DNA of 64,000 nt from assembly GCF_027921745.1 (NCBI RefSeq), contig NC_079240.1, positions 434,001 through 498,000 on the forward strand, read 5' to 3'. Source of the DNA: Schizosaccharomyces osmophilus. Lineage: Eukaryota. Made by a program: the position numbers and the translations under genes. The stretch's first letter is position 1. Every line of letters starts with the position of its first letter. Below, one piece after another: positions 48,154-59,900 of this stretch. Under the pieces are notes generated by a model. The model searched no databases. It saw only the letters and a program-made list of their open reading frames with translations, and was not told the DNA's origin.

Positions 48154-51100
48154 ATGGCATCCAAACAAACAGAACGTGAGCATCACCCAGCAGGTGATCC
48201 TTATTCTTCTCGTCGTCCTATTCCTACTATTCCAAGGTTCTTTCGTGAAAGAAAAGAACGTGCGGAAAAACGAGAAAAACAACAGGCTGAAAAGCATCGA
48301 AAGGAATCTAGTCAAGAAGAACTTTTTGACCCTATCACTCAACGAAATGTAGAAATTTCGGATATTAACTATAATTACCAAAAGTCATATAAAGATCCAA
48401 ATTACACGGTACCCAACCAGTCTATTCAGGCTGGATTATCCGCTGGTGACGAGCCTTATTTAAACTCAACTCAATCACCATCGACATACAAACAACACCA
48501 GGATGATCTTGCACCGCCTGAGGCACATGATAATATAACTCGAGATGTCCCTATTAGCGATGAAAAAACCAATATCCTCTTCTTTCCTACGCCAGCGGTG
48601 GATCTATCGTACATCTCAAGAGAAATCAAGCAGAAAACGAACCAGTACACACTATTTTGTTTCCTTTTTACTCTACTCGTTACCTGGGTTGTTTCGCATT
48701 CCATCCTACTTTCTATCATCTTTCCCATCGCCGCCTCTTGTTCCATCTTTTTATGGATGGATCATGTTCACACGGTTGGACAGGCTGCCGAATGGGGCTC
48801 TGAACAGAAACGTGGCGAGTATGCCCTTCTCAATCTCATACCTGAAAGTGCCGAATGGATGAACCATCTGTTGGAGAAAGTCTGGGATCTCATCAACCCA
48901 GAACTTTTCTCCTCCATGATCGATCAAATCGAAGACGTTATGCAAGCTTCCATTCCTTCTTTCATCGAAAACGTTCGTATCGCGTCTTTTCACCAAGGCT
49001 CTCATCCAGTACGTGTTATCTCTATTCGCTCGTTACCCGCAGACGAAACCCGGAAAACATTTAGAGATCAAGAACCATCCCAAAATGAAAATAAGGACGA
49101 GCCGCAACAGAAGGCAAAAAGATTTTACAATCTCGAAGTTTGTGCCGCCTATCATGCGATGCCGGTCGAATCTAATACTACTACAGCCCATGCTTCCAAT
49201 ATTCATCTGCGCGTTGTTTTCTATCCTGGTATCAAAGGTACAATTGGTATTCCTCTTCCCATCTGGGTTGAAATGAAAGGCTTTGTAGCCAGAATTCGTC
49301 TTCGTTGTGAGCTCATGCCTGAAATCCCGTTCTTGAAGAATGTCACCTTTTCACTAATGGGCCTTCCTCAGATCAATGTTGCCGCAGTTCCAGTTGCCGA
49401 AAATGGTCTTAATGTCTTAGGGCTTCCTTTAATCTCCAAATTTGTTAACGACTCAATAGCAGCAGCTGCTAACGAGTATGTCAGTCCCAAGAACATGACA
49501 TTGGATATGTCAAAGATCCTTTTAGGTGACGATATTAAAAAGGAAACGAATGCCCTTGGTGTCCTTTATATTTATATCGAGAAGGCGGAGGGCCTAAGCA
49601 AACAAGATGTCAATGGACTTTCCGACGCTTATATCACTATTGGTTATTACAAATTTGGTAAACCACTATATTGTACTCGAGTCATAAAGCAAGATTTAAA
49701 TCCCATGTGGAAGGAACATGCTGTAATTCCCGTATTTCCAGAACATATTAAAGCAGGCGAAAAAGTGTCAGTTGAGCTCTGGGATAGTGATCGCTTTAGT
49801 CCCGATGATGTTGTTGGTCGTACCAAACTAGACTTGCATGTTTTATTGCAGAACCCTGAAAAGATGATGGATCGTTGTGATACGCTTACTGGCATTAGCG
49901 AGGAGACATCTCTTCCCGGACACATATACTATTCTATCGGTTATTTTTCAAAAGCAGATTTTAGAGAAGAACTGAGAACTGGCGGGCATGATATTTCCAT
50001 TCCGCGCTCTATACGAGAAGATCCTGATTTCCAACGTCCTCAGGGAACTCTGAGTGATAAAGAAGAAGATGCTGTAGTTCACACTCCTCCAGATTCAGAG
50101 TACCCATGCGGCATCTTGTCATTCACTATTCATCAGGCCGTCAACTTGGAAATTAGTCATCCTAAGGGTACATATGGAAAGGTTAAAGGAACTTACAATA
50201 CTTCTCCACCTCAAGAAGTAGGGGATGTGAAGTCAGAAGAGGGTGGTGATTTACCTTCATCATATGTCTGTGTCGATATGAACGATGCGCTGACTTATAA
50301 AACGAGAACAAAGGTTTATTCTTCAAACCCTATCTACAATGCAGGAAGTGAGAAATTTGTTAAAGACTGGAGAAATGCGATAATTTGCTTTACCGTTCGA
50401 AACTTTCGACTTCGTGAACACGATTCTATTTTGGGTACTGTAAACATCCCGCTTGCTAAAACATTGACGAGCTTTTCCCAGCTCACAAAATGGTACCCAA
50501 TTGAAGGAGGAATTGGATTTGGAAGCATTCGTTTGTCTATTCTATTCAGGAGCGTAAAGCTTCAGATTCCACGAAACTTATCGGGATGGGATATTGGGAC
50601 CCTTGCATTTATTGACACAAAATTGATTGCTGAAGGTGTTGATAGCGTCTCAAAGGTTAACTTCTCCTATGTAAGGATTAACGCTGGCATGCGAAAAAGC
50701 AGTACAAAATATGTAACTTCGGAATCTCCGGGACGAGTTTCTTGGATGGTTCGCGGATATAATTTGGCTATACCTCTCAAACATCGTTACGGCAGCGCTT
50801 TGGTTTTCGAATTTCGCAATCATCTTCGCAGAAAAAACAATGTTTATGCTATTCTATGGCTTTCAGATCTTGTGGACAACGAGGAGACAACTGTGCGTAT
50901 TCCCATCTTTGTTAGTACCAAACCTGCGCATATCTTACAAAACACTGTCAACATTGAGCATCCAGACGAATTTTCACAATTAGAAATTCTTGGCTATCTG
51001 ACAACTACTGTGAGTTTTCGACGTGGGTTGGGCATTGCTCACGAAAATCTCATTAGTACTGATGATGAAGGTGCCAGTTTCGAGACGTTTATGAGCTTGC

Positions 51101-51783
51101 GTTCTCAAGGAAAACGAAAAGGATATGTGAGGGACATGAGCAATCCGGTATACGATAGCTCATCTAACCACGAGGATGAGCATCCTGTATCAAAATTAAG
51201 TACTATGGAAACAGCAGATGAAAATACTGAAAACGAAACGGAAGAAAGTCCAAATCAGTCAGCGCTGTCGTACTCAAATCAAATGAACGGAGATGAACAG
51301 AATGGTGTAGAACAGACCGTTACCCTTGATGGAATTAATCAACAAAGTGCCAGTGGTCCCACCCGTGACCTGAACCATGAAGAGCAGATTTTTCAGCGTG
51401 AATTCATCTCACTTGGCCAAGCAGCAAATGGCCAAACAGGTAACCAAAGTGGTAATCATAAGCCATCCTCAAATCAAACAAATTATCCTACACATAATAA
51501 TGGAACAAACGAGGGAAAGGACAACAGTGGCTCTCAAGTCATTGACGACGAAGATGCCGAGACGCTGGATAGTGAAATATCAGGTGATGAGCAGGAACGT
51601 AAGCAACTTCATAGGGACGACAATGAGCTGGAGCGTCGTATGCATCGTGGAATCTATAACTACAAGGCAGTACGTACCGGCAACTGGGTTAAAGATGGTG
51701 CAAAAATGAGGTTGAGAAGTCTGAAAAAGCGCTTTAGCTTAGATGGACGTGAGCCAGATGTGGAGACAGAAATCGCAAGATAA
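48154..51783 (+). CDS. mug190: SMP + C2 domain membrane-contact protein Mug190 (tricalbin-like)
   Basis: Two TM helices, SMP start PESAEWMNHLL, C2 domains (KQDVNGLSDAY, LWDSDRFSPDD) and C-terminal GREPDVETE. Confidence 0.85.
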   Translation: MASKQTEREHHPAGDPYSSRRPIPTIPRFFRERKERAEKREKQQAEKHRKESSQEELFDPITQRNVEISDINYNYQKSYKDPNYTVPNQSIQAGLSAGDEPYLNSTQSPSTYKQHQDDLAPPEAHDNITRDVPISDEKTNILFFPTPAVDLSYISREIKQKTNQYTLFCFLFTLLVTWVVSHSILLSIIFPIAASCSIFLWMDHVHTVGQAAEWGSEQKRGEYALLNLIPESAEWMNHLLEKVWDLINPELFSSMIDQIEDVMQASIPSFIENVRIASFHQGSHPVRVISIRSLPADETRKTFRDQEPSQNENKDEPQQKAKRFYNLEVCAAYHAMPVESNTTTAHASNIHLRVVFYPGIKGTIGIPLPIWVEMKGFVARIRLRCELMPEIPFLKNVTFSLMGLPQINVAAVPVAENGLNVLGLPLISKFVNDSIAAAANEYVSPKNMTLDMSKILLGDDIKKETNALGVLYIYIEKAEGLSKQDVNGLSDAYITIGYYKFGKPLYCTRVIKQDLNPMWKEHAVIPVFPEHIKAGEKVSVELWDSDRFSPDDVVGRTKLDLHVLLQNPEKMMDRCDTLTGISEETSLPGHIYYSIGYFSKADFREELRTGGHDISIPRSIREDPDFQRPQGTLSDKEEDAVVHTPPDSEYPCGILSFTIHQAVNLEISHPKGTYGKVKGTYNTSPPQEVGDVKSEEGGDLPSSYVCVDMNDALTYKTRTKVYSSNPIYNAGSEKFVKDWRNAIICFTVRNFRLREHDSILGTVNIPLAKTLTSFSQLTKWYPIEGGIGFGSIRLSILFRSVKLQIPRNLSGWDIGTLAFIDTKLIAEGVDSVSKVNFSYVRINAGMRKSSTKYVTSESPGRVSWMVRGYNLAIPLKHRYGSALVFEFRNHLRRKNNVYAILWLSDLVDNEETTVRIPIFVSTKPAHILQNTVNIEHPDEFSQLEILGYLTTTVSFRRGLGIAHENLISTDDEGASFETFMSLRSQGKRKGYVRDMSNPVYDSSSNHEDEHPVSKLSTMETADENTENETEESPNQSALSYSNQMNGDEQNGVEQTVTLDGINQQSASGPTRDLNHEEQIFQREFISLGQAANGQTGNQSGNHKPSSNQTNYPTHNNGTNEGKDNSGSQVIDDEDAETLDSEISGDEQERKQLHRDDNELERRMHRGIYNYKAVRTGNWVKDGAKMRLRSLKKRFSLDGREPDVETEIAR

Positions 51784-52094
51784 AATTTTTTGTTTTGACC
51801 TACGACAATACACTTACAAGGTCCTTATGAAGTTATGACGGCAAAATTCTAGTATAATATTACGATTGCAAATGAAGTGGACGATTAAAAGACTTCTATT
51901 TTATTATCGTAAGCGCAATTGCTTACTGCTTTTCTTATTTAGTTACTCTTTCAACCAAGTATGTTTGTTGCGTACACACTATATGTGACTCGAACATGAC
52001 ATATTTATTTATAGTAAATTCACTAAACATTATTCTATTGATTATCGATTATCGTATTGAAAGATTGCCGACTGTTTCTACAGTAGTGGAAAAC

Positions 52095-52119
52095 CAGTCC
52101 CATAAACAATAGGGTAGGG
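52095..52119. promoter_or_regulatory. Homol D-like (CAGTCCCA) and Homol E (AGGGTAGGG) elements upstream of eEF2
   Basis: One-mismatch Homol D at 52095-52102 and Homol E core at 52111-52119, about 90-110 nt before the ATG. Confidence 0.6.
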
Positions 52120-52204
52120 CTTTTGGGATAGAGAATAGACACGAAATTTTTGGCTTGCAAAACACAACCAGAACTAACCACGCACTCCCAAACTAGTTGC
52201 AAGT

Positions 52205-54733
52205 ATGGTCGCGTTCACACCTGAAGAGGTCCGCAATTTGATGGACAAGCCATCGAACGTCCGTAACATGTCAGTGATTGCTCACGTCGATCACGGCAAG
52301 TCTACGTTGACTGATTCTTTGGTTCAAAGAGCCGGTATTATTTCTGCTGCTAAGGCCGGTGATGCTCGTTTCATGGATACCCGTGCTGATGAGCAAGAGC
52401 GTGGTGTTACCATCAAGTCCACCGCCATCTCTTTGTTTGCTGAGATGAGTGAAGATGACATGAAGGATGTTAAGGAACCCACTACTCACCCCGACTTTTT
52501 GGTCAACTTGATCGACTCTCCTGGTCACGTTGACTTCTCTTCAGAAGTTACTGCTGCTCTTCGTGTTACTGACGGTGCTTTGGTTGTCGTTGATACCATC
52601 GAAGGTGTCTGTGTCCAAACTGAAACCGTCCTTCGCCAAGCTTTGGGTGAACGTATTAAGCCTGTTGTTGTTGTCAACAAGGTTGACCGTGCTTTGCTTG
52701 AACTTCAAATTTCCAAGGAAGAACTTTATCAAAACTTTGCTCGTGTCGTTGAATCCGTCAACGTCGTTATTTCTACCTACTACGACAAGGTCCTTGGTGA
52801 CTGCCAAGTTTTCCCCGATCAAGGTACTGTCGCTTTCGGTTCCGGTCTTCACGGTTGGGGTTTTACCATCCGTCAATTTGCCAACCGTTATTCCAAGAAA
52901 TTCGGTATTGACCGTAACAAGATGATGACTCGTCTGTGGGGTGAGAGCTACTTTAACCCTAAGACCAAGAAGTGGTCCAAGTCAGCCGTTGATACCGATG
53001 GTAATGAAAACCAACGTGCCTTCAACATGTTCATCTTGGACCCCATTTACCGTATCTTCGATGCCGTCATGAACGGCCGTAAGGACGAAGTTTTTGCCCT
53101 CTTAATCAAGCTTGAGGTCAACCTCAAGCCTGATGAGAAGGAACTCGACGGTAAGGCTCTCTTGAAGGTCGTCATGCGTAAGTTCTTGCCTGCTGCTGAC
53201 GCTCTTTTGGAAATGATTGTTCTTCACCTTCCCTCTCCCAAGGTGGCTCAACAATACCGTTGTGAGACCTTGTATGAAGGTCCCATGGATGATGAGTGTG
53301 CTCTTGGTATTCGCAACTGCGATCCTAAGGCTCCTCTTATGGTCTACGTTTCTAAGATGGTTCCCACTTCTGAACGTGGTCGTTTCTACGCCTTTGGCCG
53401 TATCTTCTCTGGTACTATCCGTTCAGGTATGAAGGTCCGTATTCAAGGTCCTAACTACACTCCCGGTAAAAAGGAAGACCTTTTCGTCAAGGCCATTCAA
53501 CGTACCGTTTTGATGATGGGTTCTAAGATTGACCCCATCGAAGACTGCCCTGCCGGTAACGTTATTGGTTTGGTCGGTATTGACCAATTCTTGGTTAAGT
53601 CTGGTACCTTAACCACATCTGAAGTTGCTCACAACATGAAGGTCATGAAGTTCTCTGTTTCTCCTGTCGTCCAAGTCGCTGTCGAAGTCAAGAACGGTAA
53701 TGACTTGCCTAAGCTCGTTGAGGGTCTTAAGCGTCTTTCCAAGTCTGACCCTTGTGTCATGTGCAGCACCTCCGAATCTGGTGAACACATTGTCGCTGGT
53801 GCTGGTGAGTTGCACTTGGAAATCTGCTTGAATGATTTGCAACAATCGCATGCTGGTATTCCTCTTAAGATTTCTCCTCCTGTTGTCTCCTACCGTGAGT
53901 CTGTTAGCGAGCCTTCTAGCATGACTGCCTTGTCCAAGTCTCCCAACAAGCACAACCGTATTTTCATGACCGCTGAGCCAATGAGTGAAGAACTCTCTAT
54001 GGCCATTGAGACTGGTAAGATCAACCCTCGTGACGATTTCAAGGCTCGTGCTCGTGTCATGGCTGACGAATACGGCTGGGATGTTACCGATGCCCGTAAG
54101 ATTTGGTGCTTCGGTCCCGAAACCACTGGTGCTAACCTTGTCATTGATCAAACCAAGGCTGTTGCTTATTTGAGCGAAATCAAGGACTCCGTTGTTGCTG
54201 CCTTCCAATGGGCTACCAAGGAAGGTCCCATGTTTGAAGAGAACTTGCGTTCTTGCCGCTACAACATCTTGGATGTTATTTTGCACGCTGATGCTATTCA
54301 CCGTGGTGGTGGTCAAATCATTCCTACTGCACGTCGTGTCGTTTACGCTTCTACCCTTTTGGCTCAACCTATTATTCAAGAGCCCGTTTTCTTGGTCGAA
54401 ATCCAAGTTTCTGAAAACGCTATGGGTGGTATCTACTCTGTCCTTAACAAGAAGCGTGGTCAAGTTTTCGCTGAAGAACAACGTGTTGGTACTCCCTTGT
54501 ACAACATCAAGGCCTACCTTCCTGTCAACGAGTCCTTCGGTTTCACTGGTGAGCTTCGTCAAGCCACTGGTGGCCAAGCTTTCCCCCAATTGGTGTTTGA
54601 CCACTGGTCTCCTATGAATGGTGATCCTACTGATCCCGCTTCCAAGCCTGGTAATATCGTTTCTGAATCTCGTAAGCGTAAGGGTCTCAAGGAAGCTGTT
54701 CCTCAATACACTGACTATTACGACCGTTTGTAA
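52205..54733 (+). CDS. eft202: Translation elongation factor 2 (eEF2), 842 aa
   Basis: [24 protein letters not shown] and diphthamide loop [11 protein letters not shown]. The paralog number is inferred from recalled synteny. Confidence 0.95.
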   Translation: MVAFTPEEVRNLMDKPSNVRNMSVIAHVDHGKSTLTDSLVQRAGIISAAKAGDARFMDTRADEQERGVTIKSTAISLFAEMSEDDMKDVKEPTTHPDFLVNLIDSPGHVDFSSEVTAALRVTDGALVVVDTIEGVCVQTETVLRQALGERIKPVVVVNKVDRALLELQISKEELYQNFARVVESVNVVISTYYDKVLGDCQVFPDQGTVAFGSGLHGWGFTIRQFANRYSKKFGIDRNKMMTRLWGESYFNPKTKKWSKSAVDTDGNENQRAFNMFILDPIYRIFDAVMNGRKDEVFALLIKLEVNLKPDEKELDGKALLKVVMRKFLPAADALLEMIVLHLPSPKVAQQYRCETLYEGPMDDECALGIRNCDPKAPLMVYVSKMVPTSERGRFYAFGRIFSGTIRSGMKVRIQGPNYTPGKKEDLFVKAIQRTVLMMGSKIDPIEDCPAGNVIGLVGIDQFLVKSGTLTTSEVAHNMKVMKFSVSPVVQVAVEVKNGNDLPKLVEGLKRLSKSDPCVMCSTSESGEHIVAGAGELHLEICLNDLQQSHAGIPLKISPPVVSYRESVSEPSSMTALSKSPNKHNRIFMTAEPMSEELSMAIETGKINPRDDFKARARVMADEYGWDVTDARKIWCFGPETTGANLVIDQTKAVAYLSEIKDSVVAAFQWATKEGPMFEENLRSCRYNILDVILHADAIHRGGGQIIPTARRVVYASTLLAQPIIQEPVFLVEIQVSENAMGGIYSVLNKKRGQVFAEEQRVGTPLYNIKAYLPVNESFGFTGELRQATGGQAFPQLVFDHWSPMNGDPTDPASKPGNIVSESRKRKGLKEAVPQYTDYYDRL

Positions 54734-55157
54734 GAATATCCATTGAACAGACTAGTTTTGGGTTTGCGGGGAAAAATTTGATAAATAATTTACGAACATA
54801 AAAATGACGAGAAAGTAAGAACTTTCAGCGAAATAATAGTTTCGTATATAGGATACTGATACGTTTCCTTGAATATAAGTTGTAATTATTGATGGTTGTG
54901 GTTTAGTTTGTAGTTTAAGACTATACTGGGATGCTGATTGTAATAGCACTATGCGTCGTGTAGTATGCTTTGATTTGAATATGAAAACCGGCGAAATGTG
55001 CACAATAGGGCAGGAGGGAATGGAGTGAGCATTTACTGTATAAGCTACCTCAAAATTTACTGAACAAGTTTACAACAATATTGCATGTAAAAGAATTACA
55101 GACAAACAAACTATTTATAAACAAATAAATGCCTCAGAAAGGACTCCCAAATTTTAT

Positions 55158-55603
55158 TTAAATGTTAGAAGGGTAAAGCATGACTCTAAGAGAAGAGCCA
55201 AAGCTCTTGGCAGGCAAGTTATGAACGAAACGAGCACGAACACAGCCAGAGTTACCATGAGCACGAGAAATGGTACTAGAGGTTTGTTAGTTATATGAAG
55301 GGGCAACAGAAAAGGGAGATTATCGGAAACGGTATTTATATGCCAAGTTTTAAAAGGCTAAGAAATACAGTTTCCATGACTAATAATTACTTACCCCCAG
55401 ATGACACGCAGCTTAGAGCCACGGATGGGCTTAGCACACTTGTAGACATAGCAAACACGCTTGCCCAAATAAAATTGAGCGTCTTCCTTAGTATCACATC
55501 CTTCGATCTTGACAATGGAAGTTATAGGGTGGATGTGATGCTTGGAGCGTTGGTGGGAAAGGTGCTTAGCCTTCACGTACAATCTATGTCCTTGAGCAGG
55601 CAT
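55158..55603 (-). CDS. rpl35a: 60S ribosomal protein L35a (eL33), 2 exons, 108 aa
   Basis: Exon 55603-55395 (RLYVK...[11 protein letters not shown]...RVIWG), intron 55394-55276, exon 55275-55158 ([11 protein letters not shown]...RVMLYPSNI*). Confidence 0.96.
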
Positions 55604-55675
55604 TTTGATGGTGATACGTCGGTGCTGAATGAATTTGAGTAGGGACGTTAGTTTCTGTATCGAAACTTTGTATGA

Positions 55676-55700
55676 CAGTCACAAAGCACAACCCTACCCT
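55676..55700. promoter_or_regulatory. Homol D (CAGTCACA, 55676-55683) and Homol E (ACCCTACCCT, 55691-55700) boxes of rpl35a
   Basis: Exact consensus matches, same order and orientation as at rpl36. Confidence 0.9.
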
Positions 55701-56903
55701 ACACACAAGCGTACGCTACTCTTGATTAAAGAAATTAACGCAGACAACCGATGAACAGAAAAGTTAAATAAGGAAGGGAAAGAAGACAGAAGGAGTTTAG
55801 AGTCTATGTCTGCTTGAGTTACTTGGGTTGATGGTAAGTATCATAAAGAAGCCAAGTTGATTTCATAATTTATAATATCTTTAAGGGCTGCTCCATAAAA
55901 TCGAATTAGTTATTTCCCTAATTGGGCCAGTTCCATGAATAAAGTCTGACATAGAGGCCTTTAGGACAAGGAGTTACATACGCAGAGGGCGTGCTTGAAA
56001 CAAGTAAGAGTTTTACGACTGTTTATTTATACAGTTCTTATTATTTCTTCAAGATTTCAAGGTTTTGATAGGAACAATCGTTTCTGTTGTGAGACAAAAA
56101 GCATTATTCACTCCATAAGATTTTAAGTAGAAAGAATATGGAAGAGACTGTCAGAGGGCGACTCTCGCACTCATGAGAACGTCGCATGTGGAGAAGGAAG
56201 AAGTCTAAAATTGTATCGTTATTACATTATGATTGATAGGAATCTGTTTTTAAGTGAAATACAGCCGATTTTCAGTTCATCCCAAGAGTCGACTCTTCTA
56301 ATTTACAGGTCTCAACCATGAACTATACCATTTCGGAAGATAGAGCAAGCGAATATAGGTTTGTATTCTAGAAGATACCTTTCATAACGACTTTAAGCTC
56401 GTAGCAACGTCCTTAATTTGTAAATCGCCGGTTCATACATTGTTTACCTCTTGCAATAGAATATCCTTTAGCCTTATACGTTGTCGCTAATACTTACATA
56501 TAATAATATAATCTTAGACTGTCAACCTGCGATACATATTAGCACAACGGGGTACTGATAATGACGGTGTAACACGTTCAATGACTTCGCCATATGCTTC
56601 TGTATACCAGCGCCATTTATAGCTTCCTACCTGACTTATACCAAGTAGCCAAATCGAAAGGAAACTGAAGAATCACAATTTGTTCAGTGGTTTTTGAACA
56701 GATATTATCCAAATTCACGAAGATTTAATAAATAATTGTTTCATCGGTTCTTGGTGAAACTACGTGTAACAACTCATCCCAATTACCTCTGTCTGCACCC
56801 GTTCATCGTATCACTGCTCTGAACAGAATCTCCTCTCCTCTTTAACATTGATTCTATTTTTGCAAGCCGTTTCGCGATCAATTTCCCGTGGAAAGTAGTA
56901 GAA

Positions 56904-59900
56904 ATGGACGGGGATCAACCTTCAGATATACATCCTACCTTTTCCCATACCACAAGTGTTGTTATGGATTCTTCCATCAAGCCTCAGGAAGAATTTCAAT
57001 CCATTGTGGAAGAGAAAAAATCTGCTCCTCCGCTTCCAGATAGGTCAGCAGAATTCAAGGAACAAGTAAGTATTGGATTGCTGTCGATAATTCGTCTTGT
57101 GTTGAAACGCTCTTTGCCTTTTGTACAGGAGACTTTAGCAGACAGGTTTTTTTTTTATGATGACGTCTTTTGTACCAAGCCGTCCTAATTAAGTAGCAGA
57201 AATCAGAATCTAACAATGAATTTAGGCTATAAGAATGACCAAAAGTTCTGTACCTGCTCCTACTCGTGTGCCCCCTAGTCAACCGTCAAATTCCAGCGCC
57301 TCTTCCAGTGTGAGGAACATTTCACCAGCACAAGTTGGAGGCTCTCAGGTGAGTCCTTCTGCTCTTGCTAGCAAGGCGTCTATCCCTGCGCCTACTCGTG
57401 TGCCCCCTAGTCAACCGAAAAATCCAAGCGGCTCTTCTAGTGTGAAAAACATTTCACCAGCACAAGTTGGAGGCTCGCAAGTGAGTCCTTCTGCTCCTGC
57501 TAGCAAGGCGTCTACTCCTGCGCCTGCTCTTGTGACATCTAGTCAACCGACAAATCCCAGCGGCTCTTCTAGTGTGAAAAACATTTCACCAGCACAAGTT
57601 GGAGGCTCGCAAGTGAGTCCTTCTGCTCCTGCTAGCAAGGCGTCTACTCCTGCGCCTGCTCTTGTGAAGCCTAGTCAGTCGACAAATCCCAACGGCTCTT
57701 CCATAGTGAGAAAAATGGAACCAATACAAGTTGGAGCTTCACAAGCGAGTCCTTCTGCTCCCGCTGATGATGTGTCTACTCCTGCTCCTGCGAGTAGCCC
57801 TCCAGTGGGTAACCCTCCAAAGACTCAAAAGCCTGATGAACCTAGTGGACAGGCAGCTAATTTACCCAACAGCGAGTCGGTAAAAGCTACAAATCCCCAA
57901 AAAGAAGAAGCCGATGCTCTTGTTGGTTGGAGATCTTTGCATAAGACAAGTGTCGAGCAAATGCGTACATTTATTCAGGATGCCTCGTCCGTCTTTGAAT
58001 GGAACAGCGGTCGTGTTGAGCGCTCTGTCTTGGACATGTATCTACCCGGTAAATTAACTGGTCAATGGTGGCAGAGCTCACTTATTTTAGCTGCCATTTC
58101 GATTTTGAGTTGGTTAGCATCCAAGTTCTTTTTCTGTCGCTGGCAAATTCTTGTTATCATCATTTTCGCTAGCACATTCGTTTACGGTTCCAATGCTATT
58201 GCCCTTCGTCGTACAGTTCGTGATGAAGTCATCCGTGAGATGATGAAGAATCCTTTTAATGTGGATTATGAAACTATGGAGTGGTTTAACATTATTTTCC
58301 AGCGCCTTTGGATGTTGAACGAGCCAATGATCTCTCGTATGATAGTTACTAATGTTGAGCAAACTATCGCCGAGTATCTTCCATCCTTCATTCCAGAAGT
58401 TCGTTTTTCTTCTTTTACACTAGGCTCGAAGGCTCCCCGTATTGACGGAATTCGAACCCATCTTGCTACTGAACCTGATGTGATTTTAATGGATGTTGAT
58501 TTTAGCTATACCCCGAACGATACTTTGGATATCACAGGTGCTTCTTATTGCCGTGTAAATTCAGCCGTTTCCCTTCGCGTGAAGGTTGGTAAAGGAAAGT
58601 TTATGGTTAAGCTTCCTGTCTCTACAAAAGATATTTTTGTGTCTGGACAACTCCGTATTCGTTGCAAATTGTCTGAAGATTTTCCTTTTATAAAAACGGC
58701 ATCGGTTAGTTTATTAAGCACTCCAAAGCTTTCTGCTACTGTTCGCCCTTTTGACTTTAGTTTATTCGATGTTGATGTTTTCTACATCCCAGGTTTTAAC
58801 CAATTTTTACATGAACAAATGACAACGATCTTGTCTCCTCTAGCTATATGGCCAAATATGCTTGATTTAGACCTTTCTTCTCTTATGGCAGGTGTTGCTC
58901 CATTTACACCCGCAGGTGTAATCGCTATTAAAGTTTCCTCTGCTCGTCGCAACGATTACTTTAAATCTCATACTAATAAACCTTCTTCGTACGTCTCATC
59001 CTCAACCAATGGTCGTGAACATGGTCGTTCGCCTGTTCGGGCAAACACTTTTACACCTAACTTTGACCATACAATTTATGCTATCGTTTCCTCATTGAAT
59101 GATCCACTTGAATTGTCTTTATTTGATCCTGAAAGTCCTACTTTACCTTTTGGTACTACTTACATTAACACGCGTTCTCTTGTTGAGAATGGGTTCGTTA
59201 GTGATGTTCAGTCATTGTTGTTTAATGCCGTAAACCAAGGATCAATTGCCTATGATGCTACCTTTTCCCCTTCTCTCTTCCCCAAGAAGACATTGGATGG
59301 CAATTTAATCGAGCCACCTGCTACGCCTAAAGGTATTTTGCAATTGTCACTTGGCAGCATCAACAATCTTACTGACCTTTCTACTTTCGACAAAAAATCA
59401 CAATTGATGTATAGCGTTTCTCTTGATTCAAAAGAAATTGGATCGAAAACTATGAAATTTGCTGACAGTACTCCTACTCCTGTCAATCTATCTGCAATGG
59501 CTTATATTGAAAACCGTGAGACTTCCAAGATACACATAACTCTTACCAAGAAGATTAAAAAGGAAGCTGATCAAGTTATCGGAAGTATAGTAATTCCTCT
59601 TAACAAATTGCTTGCTGCTGAAGGTAATCAGTCAACTTATCCCTTCAAAGAAAAACCTTCCTCTAGTGTCAACATTACATCTTCATGGATTTCCGTAAAT
59701 GTTACGGAAGAGAAAAGCGCTGAGTCCTACCTCAAGGATCTGATAGGTGTTATGCGTATCAGCACTGTAAAGGCAAATAACTGCTCTTCTAGTGATTTGG
59801 GTCTAAAGAAGAATGACCCTTATGTTAGAGTACTTGTTAATGGCTCTGTTGTTGCAAGAACTGTTCATGTTTTGAACAATTCAAATCCAGTCTGGAATGA

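Noticed and set aside
53609..54706. 365-aa antisense ORF within eEF2
   Set aside because: Typical result of strong codon bias in a highly expressed gene; no recognisable motifs.
55276..55394. 119-nt rpl35a intron as a possible snoRNA host
   Set aside because: No convincing box C/D pair or H/ACA hairpins seen.
55700..56900. 1.2-kb intergenic region as a possible LTR, 5S rDNA/wtf site or hidden gene
   Set aside because: No LTR ends, 5S sequence, long ORF or consistent splice chain recognised by eye; most simply a divergent promoter region, though a short spliced gene cannot be excluded.
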